In this document: in pieces, positions 36,484 to 49,637 of the stretch | Layout of the letters: each line of letters begins with the position of its first letter | Numbering within the stretch: the stretch's first letter is position 1 | Source of the DNA: Klebsormidium nitens | Lineage: Eukaryota; Plantae; Klebsormidiophyceae | Length of the DNA: 64,000 nt | NCBI GenBank assembly: GCA_000708835.1 | Contig: DF237388.1 | Span: 1-64,000, forward strand | Reading direction: 5' to 3' | Notes under the pieces: model-generated | Told to the model about the DNA's origin: nothing | The model's input: the letters and a program-made list of their open reading frames with translations, nothing else | The model's database searches: none | Program-made: the position numbers and the translations under genes

Positions 36484-39400
36484 TTACAAGGCTGCTTCCT
36501 TCACGCTCGATGCAGCTGAGGTCTCCTTTGACGATGTTGTTGTGTGAACAGCCGCCGGCATTTCGTCGTAGCTGTCCAACACGCTTTCCAAGATGATCGC
36601 GGAGTAGCCGAGCATGGGGTACGTGTGCGCTCGCAAAAGGCCCGCATATTGTTCCGTTGCAATCTTCCTGTGAAAGCAGAACGAATCACAACTTCAGGAG
36701 GCAAGTCGTGTTACCCTTAGCTCGTCTTTCAGGATCCAGCTTCCTAGGAATTTCAAGGATCTCATAAGTCGGAAACAGGACTACGAAGATGTACATGTCC
36801 AGACTGATGTCATATGCGAGCAGAGCCTACCATACGCCAAGAATGAGTGGGTCTACATTTGAAGATGCAGCAAACTACAATAACGACGGCTCGGCTCTTC
36901 AGAAGCACCGTCTTGCCACGACCGCATCCCGTCGCCCGGCAGATTGGATTCCGACTAGGAAATAACACGGCAAACGAAGACCGCGAGAGAAGAAACCGGA
37001 CACGAGATGACAGCTGCGCTGTAGTACGACAGGCGTCCGTACCTGTCCGGAACATCGTCCGCGAGGAAGTCGTACGGCGCGAACTTGGCGGTGTCTACTA
37101 TGGGCACCCACTTGCAGCTCCAGTGCTCGGGCAAAGTGACCATCACGGGCAGGTGGCTCGCGTTGAATGCAACGTACAGGTCGCCCTTGTTCTCACGCCG
37201 CTGCAGGAACGAACAGAGGTTTTGAAAAGGAGCATGAAAGGACCGAGGCCACAGATGTTGCACCTTTCTGATTTGGACCTTACTACCCCCATAAAAAGTA
37301 GTAGAAAGCTCCATTGTAGGCCGTCAAACGCAACCGAACACAATGAAAACAGAGCAAACCTTCAACGCTCACCAGCGAGTAGGCAATGAAGCGGCTGGTT
37401 TCGGACCAGTCCGGCGCGCCCGGTCCGTGTCCGTGCCAGTCCAGGTTCCAGTCGCTGGGGTAGTCCTCCATCCGGAAAACCGCGTTGTCTCTGCACGACA
37501 CGTGTCACCCGTCAGGACCGTGTGCATCAGTGAGGGCCAAGATTTGGTGTCGAGCGGTCTCATTGGCAACCGTTGGGAATGCTGTTAGTCCACTGACAAG
37601 TGCAGTTTCTGGTTTTCGGAGAGCTCATTACACCGCATCCTCCATGGGGGCCGCGGAACCTCGTCTCCCGAACTGACCTACACCCATGACGTGGTGTTCG
37701 TTCGAGGTTTAGGTTTCTCGAAAGAATCGTTTTCTTGAAAAGCACCGTACCTCGCAAGGATTTTATACAACGTTGGGGCGGCATTAAAAACGTGGGCACT
37801 TTGGATCCAGGTATGTGTTCATCGAGGAGCACACTCTCGAATTGCAAGAAACTAGAACTGGGTCGTCAATATGGTAATCCAACACCCCGAGGGTTCTTCA
37901 AAATTGAGATCCAGATCCCACTGAGTTGGTTTCAAGGTTCTTGAAGTACCCGAACTTCGAAGCTTTGTAACGCTGGATGCCCTCTTTCTCCGACCCAGCA
38001 TTAGCGGCCTAGTGGGTACATCAAAAGTTTGTACGGAACGTAGACACTTCGTCGCTTATAATGTCGTCGTTTAGATTGGTTAACCTGTCCCGATAAAGCC
38101 CTAGGCTTTCAGCATTTCACTATGCTGAATTGCTGATTCTGGATACTTGAGTGAAAGGGAGGTCTTGACAGGGCTCTGACCTTCTTAGCTTCACCATGAG
38201 CTTGAAGAAGCGGACGAATCCGGTGGTGTCCTTCTCCAGCTTGTCCCACCGGAAGTAGTTCACCTAAAGGTACCATCGACCAGATATTAAGCAGCTGACG
38301 ACATGGCCATCTAACGGCTAGTACAAATGGCCGACGGTCGATCATGTACACATCACGTCCCCTAGCAATCAATCTCTCGTTTCGAAAACCTTACAGCAAC
38401 GGAGACAGGAAGAAGAATGTAAACGATACATGCATAGAAGAGTTGCGTCCGGAGCGGAGACTGCATTAACAGCTAGCCAACGTTGGACAGGGACAGATTT
38501 GCCTATGGTGGAGAGCGCCATTACTAGGTTGCGTCGTTCGCCATTTGACACCGACAAAAGCATACAGAGGTACGCAGTATTCTCCAAGGTATCCGATGAG
38601 GTACCCGATGGCAGACTGGGAGCCCAAACCTTCGCCTCCCTGTGCAATTGCGCAACAATTACGCTAGCCTTGGCAAACCGTTTTTTGACACCTGCTCTCT
38701 GCAGGTGACTTACCGCACTGTCGTGGCAGTACGTGTTGTTGTTGCCGCCTTTCGTGTGGCCGTACTCGTCGCCCATTGTAATCATAGGAACTCCCTGCAA
38801 GCGAGTCGCGAAGCCGTCAGCGAAAGTCATCAGAGTTTTCGACTCAATTGCTGGGACTTCTGAGCACTTGGGAGCTGACAGAACAAAGGGGAGACAGAGC
38901 CCGGAGGACTCTGCTATGATCAGACCGCTCCTTGCTGCCCGCTTGAGGAGGCAGGTAAAGTTAACAAGCGCTATCTCAGGCAGACCGCGGACGAATCCGT
39001 CCGGTGCCTATGACCCTGAAGAAAACATGGTATTGCATAATCGACCTGCGCACAAGGTAAGACGGACGGATGCCGCCATTGCAACTCGACCGCGCTGTCT
39101 TGTGTGCACAGCAGAACCTGCTATGTAAAAAGGAAGTGCACAAACGGCCTCTGCCGGTGCGGCGCAAATACAAGAGGACCGTACGAAGGCAGACTCAGAT
39201 ACGAAATGTTGAGCAACGCGCACCTGTGCCAGTAGGAGCGCCATCACCAGGTTTCGCATCTGCCTCTGCCGCAGCGTCTGGACCTGCCTCGTCACGTGCT
39301 CTCCTTCCTGTTATTGCCAGAAGAATCGCAAAACGTCATGCTACGAAATGCAAGAGAGCTCAGCAAAGTTGCTCTGAAGCAGAATCGAACAGGTGGTTTG

Positions 39401-42400
39401 ACGACTTCGTCTGCTGTCACTCTCCAAGATCCCTGTAGAGAAGAACGGCAGTTGCCTACCGGAATTTGCTGCATATCGTTCTTTCAATCTCTGGATAGCG
39501 TTGGCTTCCTTCTGAAAGGATCCAAGCAACGAGCCAGGTCTGGGGCACGTAAACCGCTGGCAACCCTGTCTTCATTCTCAAAAAGCTGTCCCAAACCTTG
39601 CGCTAATCCTATATGCAGACAAATGTCAGGCACTCACCGCCCCGCAGTTCCAGCTCAGGTTGTGCGACTCCCCGTCCATGTTCCGCTCCCCGTTCGCATC
39701 GTTGTGCTTCTCGTTGTACGACACCAGGTCGTTCAGCGTGAACCCGTCGTGCGCCGTCACAAAGTTGACGCTGTGCTTGGGCTTCCGCCCGCCCGCCTGG
39801 TAAATGTGCGGCGACCCGCAGAGGCACTGCGCGAAGTCGCCGGCTTGGCCGTCCGTGCCCTTGACGAACATGCGGACGACGTCGCGGAAGCGTCCGTTCC
39901 ATTCGGACCAGACGCCCCAGTGCGGGAAGGAGCCGACCTGGTACAGGCCGCCGCAGTCCCACGGCTCCGCGATCAGCTGCGAGCGGATCAAAGGTCGTGA
40001 GTAAGATATTGTGAGACCTTGAGCTTCCGGATGTCTACATGTTTGATCGATCGTTCTCCTACGGTTTTTGATTCAAATAGCCGCACATGTTTGGTGTTGA
40101 CTATGCCAGGATCAGCAACCTTATGATGGGTGGAATGCAGACGAAGAACGAACCACAACTTATTTTGGGCGTTATTGCGATGTTGGACGCATTTTCCTTT
40201 TGTAGCTTTTTGAACTTGCGGGTACCAAAAGATAGTTTGGCTCGCAGTCCAGCATATGTGAGGAGACTTACAAAGAAGGGAGCTGAACGGGAAGCGAGAA
40301 GATACGTCCTGTCTAACGATTGGTTACGTTCGCACCCACGGAGCGCCGCTTTTCCGCAGTTGTTGGCGCTCATGAACGCTAAGCTTCCTTCAGGCGGACC
40401 AGTACATGCATTGTGTCGTCTCACCGTGATCCTCGTCATTCTGTAACTGTACAATCGCTGCCACGTTCCACTCTCGTTCTTCCAAATCAGCAGATTCGCA
40501 GAGACCGTACGTTGAAAACAACCTTGCCTGTTTGGCACCTTGCTCAAAACTTTCGACCTCAGGTCACCATTCCGTAGCCCAATCCAAGAACCCTTGACGA
40601 TCTGCAGATGGTTATCTCAAGCTCATTTTGACCCCTCGGAGAATTCTGTCGTCCATGTCAACCATGTCAACCATAACGGCTTGGTCAGCGGTGTTTCTCT
40701 CTTGATGAAAGGATGTAGATCTACTTTGCAACCCAACGGAAGGAGACTTTGACTTTTAGTCTAGCTCTTTAAGCTCACCTTGACTCCTCTGAGAATCCCG
40801 TCGTTGCTGGCCGTGTCCACTAGCAGCGGGTCCTTGAACGGCGTTCCTCATTTCTTGAAAGGAATCGGATTTATTTCAAAGCAATGAAAAAAGACCAAAT
40901 GCTTGTAGTATGGCTATTTTAGCTCACCTTGACCCCTCTGAGCCCCCCGTCGTTGCTGATCATGTCCACTAGCAGCGGCTCGTCAAAAGGCGTTCCTCTC
41001 GTCTTGAAAGGAATCAAAACTTCTCGCTAACCCAATCCAAAAAGACCAAATGCTTGTAGTATAACTATTTGAAGCTCACCTTGACCCCTCTGAGCACCCC
41101 GTCGTTGCTGATCATGTCCACGAGCGGCGGCTCGTTCAGCGGCGTGCCGGTCGTGACGATGTCCGTCTCCTCCGACGTCCCGAACACCTCGGACCGCTCC
41201 CACGTGCCGCTCGCGCGTGTGAAGATGGAGCCCAGGTCGAAGCGGAAGCCGTCCACGTGCATCTCCAGCACCCAGTACCTGTCACACCAGGATCTTTTCA
41301 AAATAGGAGACGAGGGTGTTGAGTTACTTTGGTGTGACGTTCAACTTCTCGAAGCCGCCTGCTCGGGCAGACATACAACGGGATCTCCCAACGAAATTGC
41401 CAGCGACCCTCGAAGTGAGGCGAAGACGAGACCGCCGCATGACCCAGAATATGCTCTGCCGTTCGCATTTCTATAGGCGACACAGAGATTGCATGTAAAA
41501 CTTTGTTGAGTCCGAAAGTGGTTGGTGAGGAATCACCAGACCAGGAGATGCAGAAGTCAGGAGATCCATCGAAGCAGCAGAAAAAGCGGCTGGACAGGCG
41601 AGCAGATACTCTAAACGAACGGACAGGAAAATATGCGAGGTGCACCTTAAACAGTCGACGATGAACTGCCGGACAACGGGATGGTTGATGTTGAGGGTGT
41701 TGCCACAGCCAGAGTAGTTGTAGAACTCGCCCTGCAAAGAGCGACATGACAGGTATGAGATCAATCGGCCCTTTCGCAGAGTTCCGCGTTTCAAAACAGT
41801 CTGCCCCCTAATGCATCTGTCCCTGTGCTCCAAATTGCCGTTCCTCTGGGCAGAAGCTTTGGTCATTCAGGGAACGAAAGTAGCAAAAAGCGGAAGCGTC
41901 TTGGTACTCTGTGGGATGCATTGTTGAGTTTGTGCGGCCTTATGACACCCTTGAACGGAATCGGAAGGTCAAGCCAAACGACTGTGCTGCCATTGTAGGA
42001 GGGGACTAAGGTCGCAACGAGCCTAATGCGTTTCAAGAAGTGTGAACAGGCACTATATTCCTTTCTGCGTCTATGCCTCTGCTGCCATTGATTCACCACC
42101 AAACTGCCAAATGTTCGAGGCACTTGCTTATTTCAACTGTTGAAATAAGCTTCCCCCCCACCTGAGGAGCCACCATATAGTACACCTTATTTGCCAACCC
42201 CCGGAACGAAATCGTCGGCCCCATCTCGTTCCCCTCGGCGCTGTGGTTGAAAACCACGTCCATGATGACCTCGATGCCCTGCTTGTGGCACTCCTTAACC
42301 ATGGTTTTGAACTCGGTTACGGCGTCCCAACCCCGGTTAGCGGTTCCAGAGGCGGCATAACGGGTCATGGGGGAGAAGAAATTGACGGTGGAGTAGCCCC

Positions 42401-44961
42401 AGAAGTTCATCCTGAAGAACCGGGAAATACCGTGTGAGGAAGCGTGCTGAGTGTGTTTTGGCGATCCCATCTTCCTAGATGGCACTGAACTCAGTTCCTC
42501 AACTGATGCAATGACGGCTTGCTTTGCCAACCGAGCAAGCGGTCTTTAACCAGCTCTAAATGATTCCAAAAGGCCTCAGTTGTCTGTATGCAAAATGTTT
42601 CGCTTGATCCAGGAGGACAAACGTAAGTTTGAGATGCAAAATCTCAATTCTTTCGGCCCGGATTTGAGGCTGTTGAGCAGGCTTGCAATCCGCATGCAGC
42701 AGAAGCCACCTACTGAGCAGATTCCCAAGGTCCGTTTTGAATATTCTCCGTTGGAGGAACCTGGTGGACTGTCTTTGCTGAGGCCATCTGCTTTCAAAAT
42801 CTTGACTTCTTGTAAGGCAGTCATTTCGAAGATGCTGACTGGCTTGAAACCGTCAAAGCTAGGTGCTTGACCGACTGTCTGATCCAGAACACAAGTAAAG
42901 TGCCACTTACTTGTAGTCGTTCATCACGCTGTTGTATGCATAGTACTCCAGCTCGTTGAACTCATGCACCGGCATCAGCTCGATCGCATTAATGCCAAGC
43001 TGCTTCAGGTGCGGCAGCCGTTCAATAAGACCCTGGTATGTGCCGGGCGCGGAGGTCCCGCTGGATTCGTGCCGAGTGAAACCGCGCACGTGCATCTCGT
43101 AGATGATGAGGTCCTTCTGAGCAATGTTGGGGGCAATGTCGCCCTCCCAGTCAAACTGCAGGGGTACACACAGGGGCGTTGATTTTTGTGCCATGCTCTT
43201 CTAAATTTTCTGCTCAAAAGGTGTGAATCTACCAGTCCTACTGCGAAAAAGTGCTTCTTCAAGGGGTTTCAGGGGTTGCGGTGTTTGGCGAAGCTGTGAG
43301 CCCACACTAGGTTCTCAGTTGTACTCTGTACAATGAACCTGATTGCCAAGGGACTCTTTGAGCTTTTTAAGTGAAGTTGCTCAAAAGCAGAAACTTACCT
43401 CGTCCTCCTGATCCGGAACTGCCCCTGCGAGCTGTGGCCAGCAGTTCCCGTCTCCACCAGGGATGCCATATTGGGACCTGCTCACAACAGCCTGCACACA
43501 AACCAGAACATCACCGACTGAACAGGCATATTAAGGGGCCTCTTTCTGCTGACATGTTCGATTCAAGGTTTCAGAGATAGCAAAATTAATGGCCAGTTGC
43601 AATCAGACAAGAGCTGGCTCTTGATGTCAGCAGACTCCTACTGATTTCTCGATTCTGTTGCGCATAGATGTGCCCCGCAATGGGAAGCAACGATCAGGCG
43701 TTTAGCAAACTGCAAACTTGAGCCACGATAGGTCCTGTAGCTATTTCTCTCTCCGATTTGCAGAAAGTCTGAGCAGAAAGCACCGCGATTCTGCAGCAGA
43801 TAGACCACCTGTCAGCAGCATGTTTAGGGGCGTGCCCTCAATTTGCAGGCACAGTAAACTCTTCATGCTCTTCACGGCTTTCATGAGCTTCACATTCAAA
43901 AAAAAGATTGCAGGCACCTTTGCATACGGATCTAGCATGATCTTGGTCTCATCAAACCGCTGGCCGTCCTCTGGAAGGAAAGGTCCCCCAACTCGCCACC
44001 CATAGAGCAGGTTCTTGGACAGTGCAGGCAGGAGCACATGCCAGACATCGCCCGTCCGGTTGATGAGTGGATCAAGGGGCACCTCTGCTGTCACGGTTCC
44101 CTGGAGTGTTGGAAGATAGAATACGTTGGCCTTTCGGCTTGAAAATGTAGGGAACTGAGACGCGATCATCCAAGTTTCATCAACCATTGCAGAGGCAAAG
44201 AGCTGTTGAAGACAGAGACCTGTGCAGGCACCCTCCTCGACCACATTGCTGAACTAGGTCAGGGTGATTGGCATTGCAGAGACGCCGATTGCGGAACAAT
44301 CTATAACATCGTTGCAACTGTTTGGGATCCCTAGTTTCAAGTCACAACTCTCTCCTTCGAATAGCGATGTAGAGGAATGCAGCGAATCAGGGAATGCTGA
44401 AATGAGGTCTGGCACAGCATTCCATTGCCTCAGCCTGCAACATTGTCTCCTCACATTCTGAAGGTCTCCCTCCGTAAAGAGGCATAGCGACACTGTGTCT
44501 GCGCCGTCTGTTGTAATTGCAAAGTTGACTCCAACCCTTCCTTGCGCCAGAGAGGCCCCTAGTGGACTGGCAGCACCCCTCTGAGGGGTATCATAGAGCA
44601 CATTGAGTCCATTGCCAAAGTCCCTTCCATCACTCTGTTGAAGTGTGCTGTATCTCCTGGGGCCAGCGGTTGGGTCTAGAAGAACTGCTGTGGTCACACC
44701 AACTCTTGATTGAGACAAGTGAAGCCCTCTTCTTTGATCACGCGCAATGCGACTTGAATGAACATTGTGGAGCGGAACAGCCTTGAAGGGAATGGAACTT
44801 GAGAGGTGACTGCAACTGCTCAAAGATTTTGAATTGCTCTCAAGCGGACGCTGACTGATGAATGCAGCATGAGGGCGACTGCTCCTGTGTTGGCACTGAC
44901 TGGCGCTTGCCCCTAATGAAGTGTGCAAAGACCCCTGAACTGCCAGACAGAAGCTCTCCAT
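36484..44961 (-). CDS. ISA1: Isoamylase 1 (GH13 starch-debranching enzyme), plastid-targeted
   Basis: Exon 1, 44961-44455: Ser-rich transit-like N-terminus, PLGAS...GVNFA. Later motifs: [89 protein letters not shown] (nucleophile), LIAEPWD (acid/base), [48 protein letters not shown]. Terminal [11 protein letters not shown]...TAA at 36486-36484. The [13 protein letters not shown] and YPML segments fit ISA1. Confidence 0.95.
40771..41140 (-). repeat. ~150-bp tandem triplication spanning an ISA1 exon 3' end and donor site
   Basis: Real exon end GTCAAG|GTGAGC at 41080, with copies at 40928 and 40779 (periods 152 and 149 bp). The copies share the intron text aaagaccaaatgcttgtagta and ttgaaaggaatc. 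Confidence 0.92.
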
Positions 44962-46395
44962 TTCAGCCAGTCCGGCAGAGATCAGATGTCGCACTCGTGC
45001 TGCGAGCCCCGCCCAGCATTAGCATTATACGCAGAGAGAGCTATATCCTCCCATGTATGGTTCTCCGAGAGAAGCTGTTTACCCCCTCCCCCGCAAAGAT
45101 TTCAAATCCTGGTCGCTGCTGGACAAAACTACAAGCAAAATGTCTCAACCAGCATCGCTTTTGAAGCGAAAGGCTATCTTTTGGGGATGAGAAGAAGCGC
45201 CTGAGGCCTAGCAGGAGGAATGCAGGATCCACTCTGGACTTGCTTTTTCCATTCAGACTCCGACAGAGATTCTTTTTAATAGGAGAGCCCTTGACCACCG
45301 TCCGATAAGCTGGCTTCGACACTCACGGTTCTGTGCCGGCTTCTTGAAACCGTCAGATGATATCTGAACCATGGTCATCGGACGGCGGGAACTAAAAGCG
45401 CCTCAGGATCTGCACTTTTTGGCCACGTCATCCGAAAAGCGTGCATGAAGCATTGCGACCATGATGGTTCCAACGGGCCTGCTCAAACTTAAAGTGTCTC
45501 AGAAAGCCGCCGTCTCCTCAAGGAGGATGCATGGAACACTGGTTCACAGGACATCTGTTTTGCTAGCTTCTTCGCCGACATTTCGCCCCACGAGCCACTA
45601 GTTACAACCGTCCAGGCCCCCACTCCTTCGAAGCTGGATCTATCAGCGTGTGATCGTATTAATTGCGTGAGCCCAGTAAAGAGCTGTTCAACAGTGACAT
45701 GCACGTCTCCATGCGGCTCAAGCGCAAAGCATGTAATTGAAATCTCAGGGACTTGCAGCACAGCCAGCGTCTGCAGGACCTATAAAAACGACTCGTAATC
45801 TTTTGTTTATCACATCCAGGACAAAGGTTGTGTAGCTGGCTAGAATGAATGCATGCGAGATAAGTCCAATAAAAATGTCTGGCAATGTTGGGTCATACTA
45901 GGAAGGAGCGTTTACAAGATAAAACAGGAGACTGACATTGCTAAAGCTGAAACAAGTCGAGTTTCCATTCTTTATAATTATAGACGATGTTGTACTAATT
46001 GTACAATGATTGCACAAGAACACGAGTCGGTAACGCTCTCAACATACGATTTAGCACATGTGACTTGCAATCCGAGTCCTGTCTGCCCAGTTTGCATCAT
46101 GAACGTCGCTCACCATGATGTTTAGAAATCTTTTCACAGTTTCGGGAGACAACGGTCATGCAAATTCCCAACCCGTTGCTAGTACCTACATGGGGGCTAC
46201 ACAGCGAGAAAAACATGACTCAAGTATGTTCAACCCATTGATCTTGAGTTTACCCACAAATGAGACGCTGCTCATACGTGAGACACCGTCCAACCAAAAT
46301 GGTAAAATGTAGATTTTATGTTCTGTACAATCGTCCAATCGCTAACCCTCCGCTCTAAGGTCGGCGGCCCGCCCTACACAGAGCAGCAACAAGCC

Positions 46396-49300
46396 TTACA
46401 TGCGCCAAGATTCGGCCCCTGTGAAGTCTACAGGATCGTAGACGGATGGCGTGTACGACACAGGCACGTAGATTTCCTCAATCTTCTTGTGCGGCCAACT
46501 CGAATCCAAACGCCGCACTTCTTCCTTCTCGGATTTCAACCTGCACGGAGCAGATCAACGGTCACAAGCGTTCAGACCTTCTGTCACAAGCTTTCAAACC
46601 TTCTATTACAAGCTTTCAAACCTTTTGTCACAAGCTTCCGAACCTGAGTCCCGCTGGAAACGCAATTAGAAGACCCTCACGCGACTGCTCAAGCTTTTCC
46701 GGACAGAAACAGCGTTTCCCTGTCGTAAAGTTTACAGTTGTTTTGGCCCTATCTGATACGATTGACTCTTTGACGACGAAGCAGTACACGTTTGATCGTT
46801 TGCTTGACTTCGTCCACCTTAAACCATGTTGAAACTGGCTATGTAACCCACTTTGTCAGGAGTAGATGTGGCCTGTCGGACAACCATTAGCATGGGTTAC
46901 AAGTAACTCTTTTCGAAGGAGAGTGTGCATATAAACTAGATGCATCCAAGGCCATAAGCTACAACCAACTATCACTTACTCGATACCATCCTTTTTCAGA
47001 GCCCGAAGGAGAGTCCCCTTGGCACGCTCGACTGCGATCCACTCCTCTCCCTGTGACGACGAATCAGTCAAATCCATTGCGTACCGCCTGCGACAGAACA
47101 AGAGGAGACCGCTTTGAACTGCCCATCAATCCGCTCTCTCGACTTCGTCTGTTAGTCTCGAGACACCATCAAGACTGCTCCGTGGCCTCACGATAAACCC
47201 TGAACGACCGGGCATATGTCTTGAGAAAGTTGGCAAGGAGAATGGAATGAGAGCAATACTCATAAACCGCTCAAGAGCGAACGAAATAAAAACTCTCCGT
47301 GAATTGCAATTTTGAAAGGTACGAGCCCCGGGTGACGTTGACGCTATGCAATGGTCTCACGGTTCTGACACGAAAGATTGTCGGAACGTCACGCGATGTC
47401 AGAGGACCCCCTCAAAACCTGTCACCCAGGACAAAATCGTCCTGACAAACGGAATGTAAAGAGAGCAAAATTGTTCCCCACCTGATCTCGTAATACTTGG
47501 TCTTCCTGATGACTTCGTGGGGCTCGTCCCGGGGGATATTGAACGCCGTCATCGGCTGGAGCTGCTTGATGACCGACGAAATGGCGGCCAGCGAAACGGG
47601 CTTTTGCTGCAGCAGCAAGCGATGCAAACGATGTCACGAGCTCATTCAGAGGTTACCAATGCGCAGAACTTGTTTGACAGGTCAAATCGAACCCTTTCGG
47701 CGGTTAAGTCCTCGGATGAACTACGTCGCTTGAAAGTAAGTTCTAAGAAAGACCGGCAGAGAACCCAAGAGAAGCTGCTCAATTGCGGCATTTGAAAACG
47801 TGTATCTCGCTTCTCGACAGTGTTCTCGGCTGGGAACATTAACGCGAGCGACTGTCAATAGCACAGACAGCCCACTTTACGAAGCCAACTCAAACTGGTG
47901 ACGAGCCACCTGAAGTGGATATTTAGATGGTTTCAAAAAGAAGCGCTTCTGAAATAAACCTTGCTTGCGTACCTCCTTTCCTGCCAGGTTATCCCAGTAG
48001 TCGATGTGCGCGTTCAGCTTGGCATTCTTCAGATCCACGCCATACTTGGTGATCCCAGTGAGAATCACAGTCGGCGTCCTACAAAACACAATGGCTCGTT
48101 CTTCTATTCCGGTCTCAGACCCAGAGAAATTATCACAATCGAAGTGTTACAACCAAATATGACTCGTACCATGTTTCGGTTTCGGCAGCAAACAGCGCAA
48201 GGACTTCTCTTCCAAATACTCACTCGACTGTCAAAGTGACTGCGAAGTGCATAGACACGGTCGGCCTTCTGCATATCCACGGTTTGAATTGCAACAAACA
48301 AACGCCGCTCCTCAAATGGCATCTACAGACGTTCTTGACTCCTTCGACTGACTGTTTATTGGCTGAACTCTTGGAAGAAGTGAGCTCTCATTGGTGAACC
48401 GGCCAGGTTTGACTCACCAGGGCCAGAAACGTGCGGGCAGGTCGAACGTCCACCTGGCAGTGATCTCGTTCTCCCCGGTGGCCTTGATGTCGTGCAGCAA
48501 ATACTTGCCCCCCGCAAAGACGAGGCGAAGCACCCATACATTGAGTTTGAAGCCAATCAGACGATGCCAGTTGTTCTGGGGGTCTTGGAAATGCACCTGT
48601 ACGTAGTCGAATTCTGAGAAGTTACTGAAGTGCATTTTGTGTATCAGATCAAAGCCAGATCGCAGAGTGACTGGAAAACTGTCAACAGAGCCACCCCATT
48701 CAAACCAGAGTTTCCTGAACCAACTTGCGCTGAGCGCAATGCTGCCCAAAAGACTGGACTTGCCCAGATCGCAAAATAGGAGCACACACAGGGGAAGTCG
48801 TCCCTCCAGCCGGCAAGAACGTAAACATTATTATGCAAATGCAGCTTGCCAGCTGCCACCCTCCCCATCTAACAGCTGTCAGACGAGCTCTCTAATCTTG
48901 TAGTAGCGAACCCCTTTGGGAGAGACGCGATAACTTGGTTAGACCGTTACATATCACATAGTGCTCTGCTTGAAGGAAGACTATCCGAGGGCACTAACAA
49001 AAGTAATCACATGTGAAGAATCTAATCTTCCGTGATCCCCCAATCATCCGAACCCAACCAACGCTGAAGAACATGCACTTACATCCTCTCTGTACATTGT
49101 GGTAGTGATCCCGTTCTCCGAGAAGAACTTCGGCATCTCCTCTTTTAACACGTCAATCAGCAACTGCACGGATGGATGCACATCCTCAGGAACCAGTTGG
49201 CGGCCCCTCTCTTTGTCAGGATCATTCAGAAAGTCTGCACCGCCCACACCCAATCTGGAGGCAGCCTCCTCCTGAGTACTCGCTATAGAATCAGTGCGTT

Positions 49301-49637
49301 CCTTGCTGCTAGTCCCAGTGGCTTGCATGGTCGTCTTCTGGTTGGAGCCCCGTTTCCTGATCACTGGGGAAAACCCAGGCACAGTTGTTTGAAGAGAATC
49401 TGCTTTGTCCATGCTGAAGAGCTGCGAGTCTAGTGCTATCCTGGGCCTAATAACTTGCGGTCCAGTCTTGTCACAACGCGTCTTCTTGCTGCTCAGGCTT
49501 GCTGCAAAACCTGACGTGCCAAACGCTGCGGTGCAAGTCAGCGGGCGTGCCTGCTTTGATGGTATTGCTGAGGCACCAGAAACGGAGCTCAGGCGGCCGA
49601 GAATCTGCTTTGAGCTGACCAATGAAGTCACTGCCAT
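46396..49637 (-). CDS. HBP5-like plastid protein: transit peptide, DUF2358/SnoaL-like domain, internally truncated SOUL domain; ~405 aa
   Basis: Exons: 49637 (or 49703)-49083, 48596-48418, 48078-47973, 47606-47482, 47087-46980, 46540-46396 (TAA); all GT-AG and phase-consistent. Motifs: LKEEMPKFF..GI...YRED|VHFQDP, EITARWT, WPW|TPTVILTG, HIDYWD, KQL, EVIRKTKYYEIR|RY, LLRALKKDG, EEIYVPV. These resemble plant HBP5-type proteins as recalled. Confidence 0.85.
46562..46645. repeat. 22-bp tandem repeat (about 3.7 copies) in the last intron of the HBP5-like gene
   Basis: Consensus acaagctttcaaaccttctgtc: tcacaagcgttcagaccttctg / tcacaagctttcaaaccttcta / ttacaagctttcaaaccttttg / tcacaagcttccgaacc. 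Confidence 0.9.
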
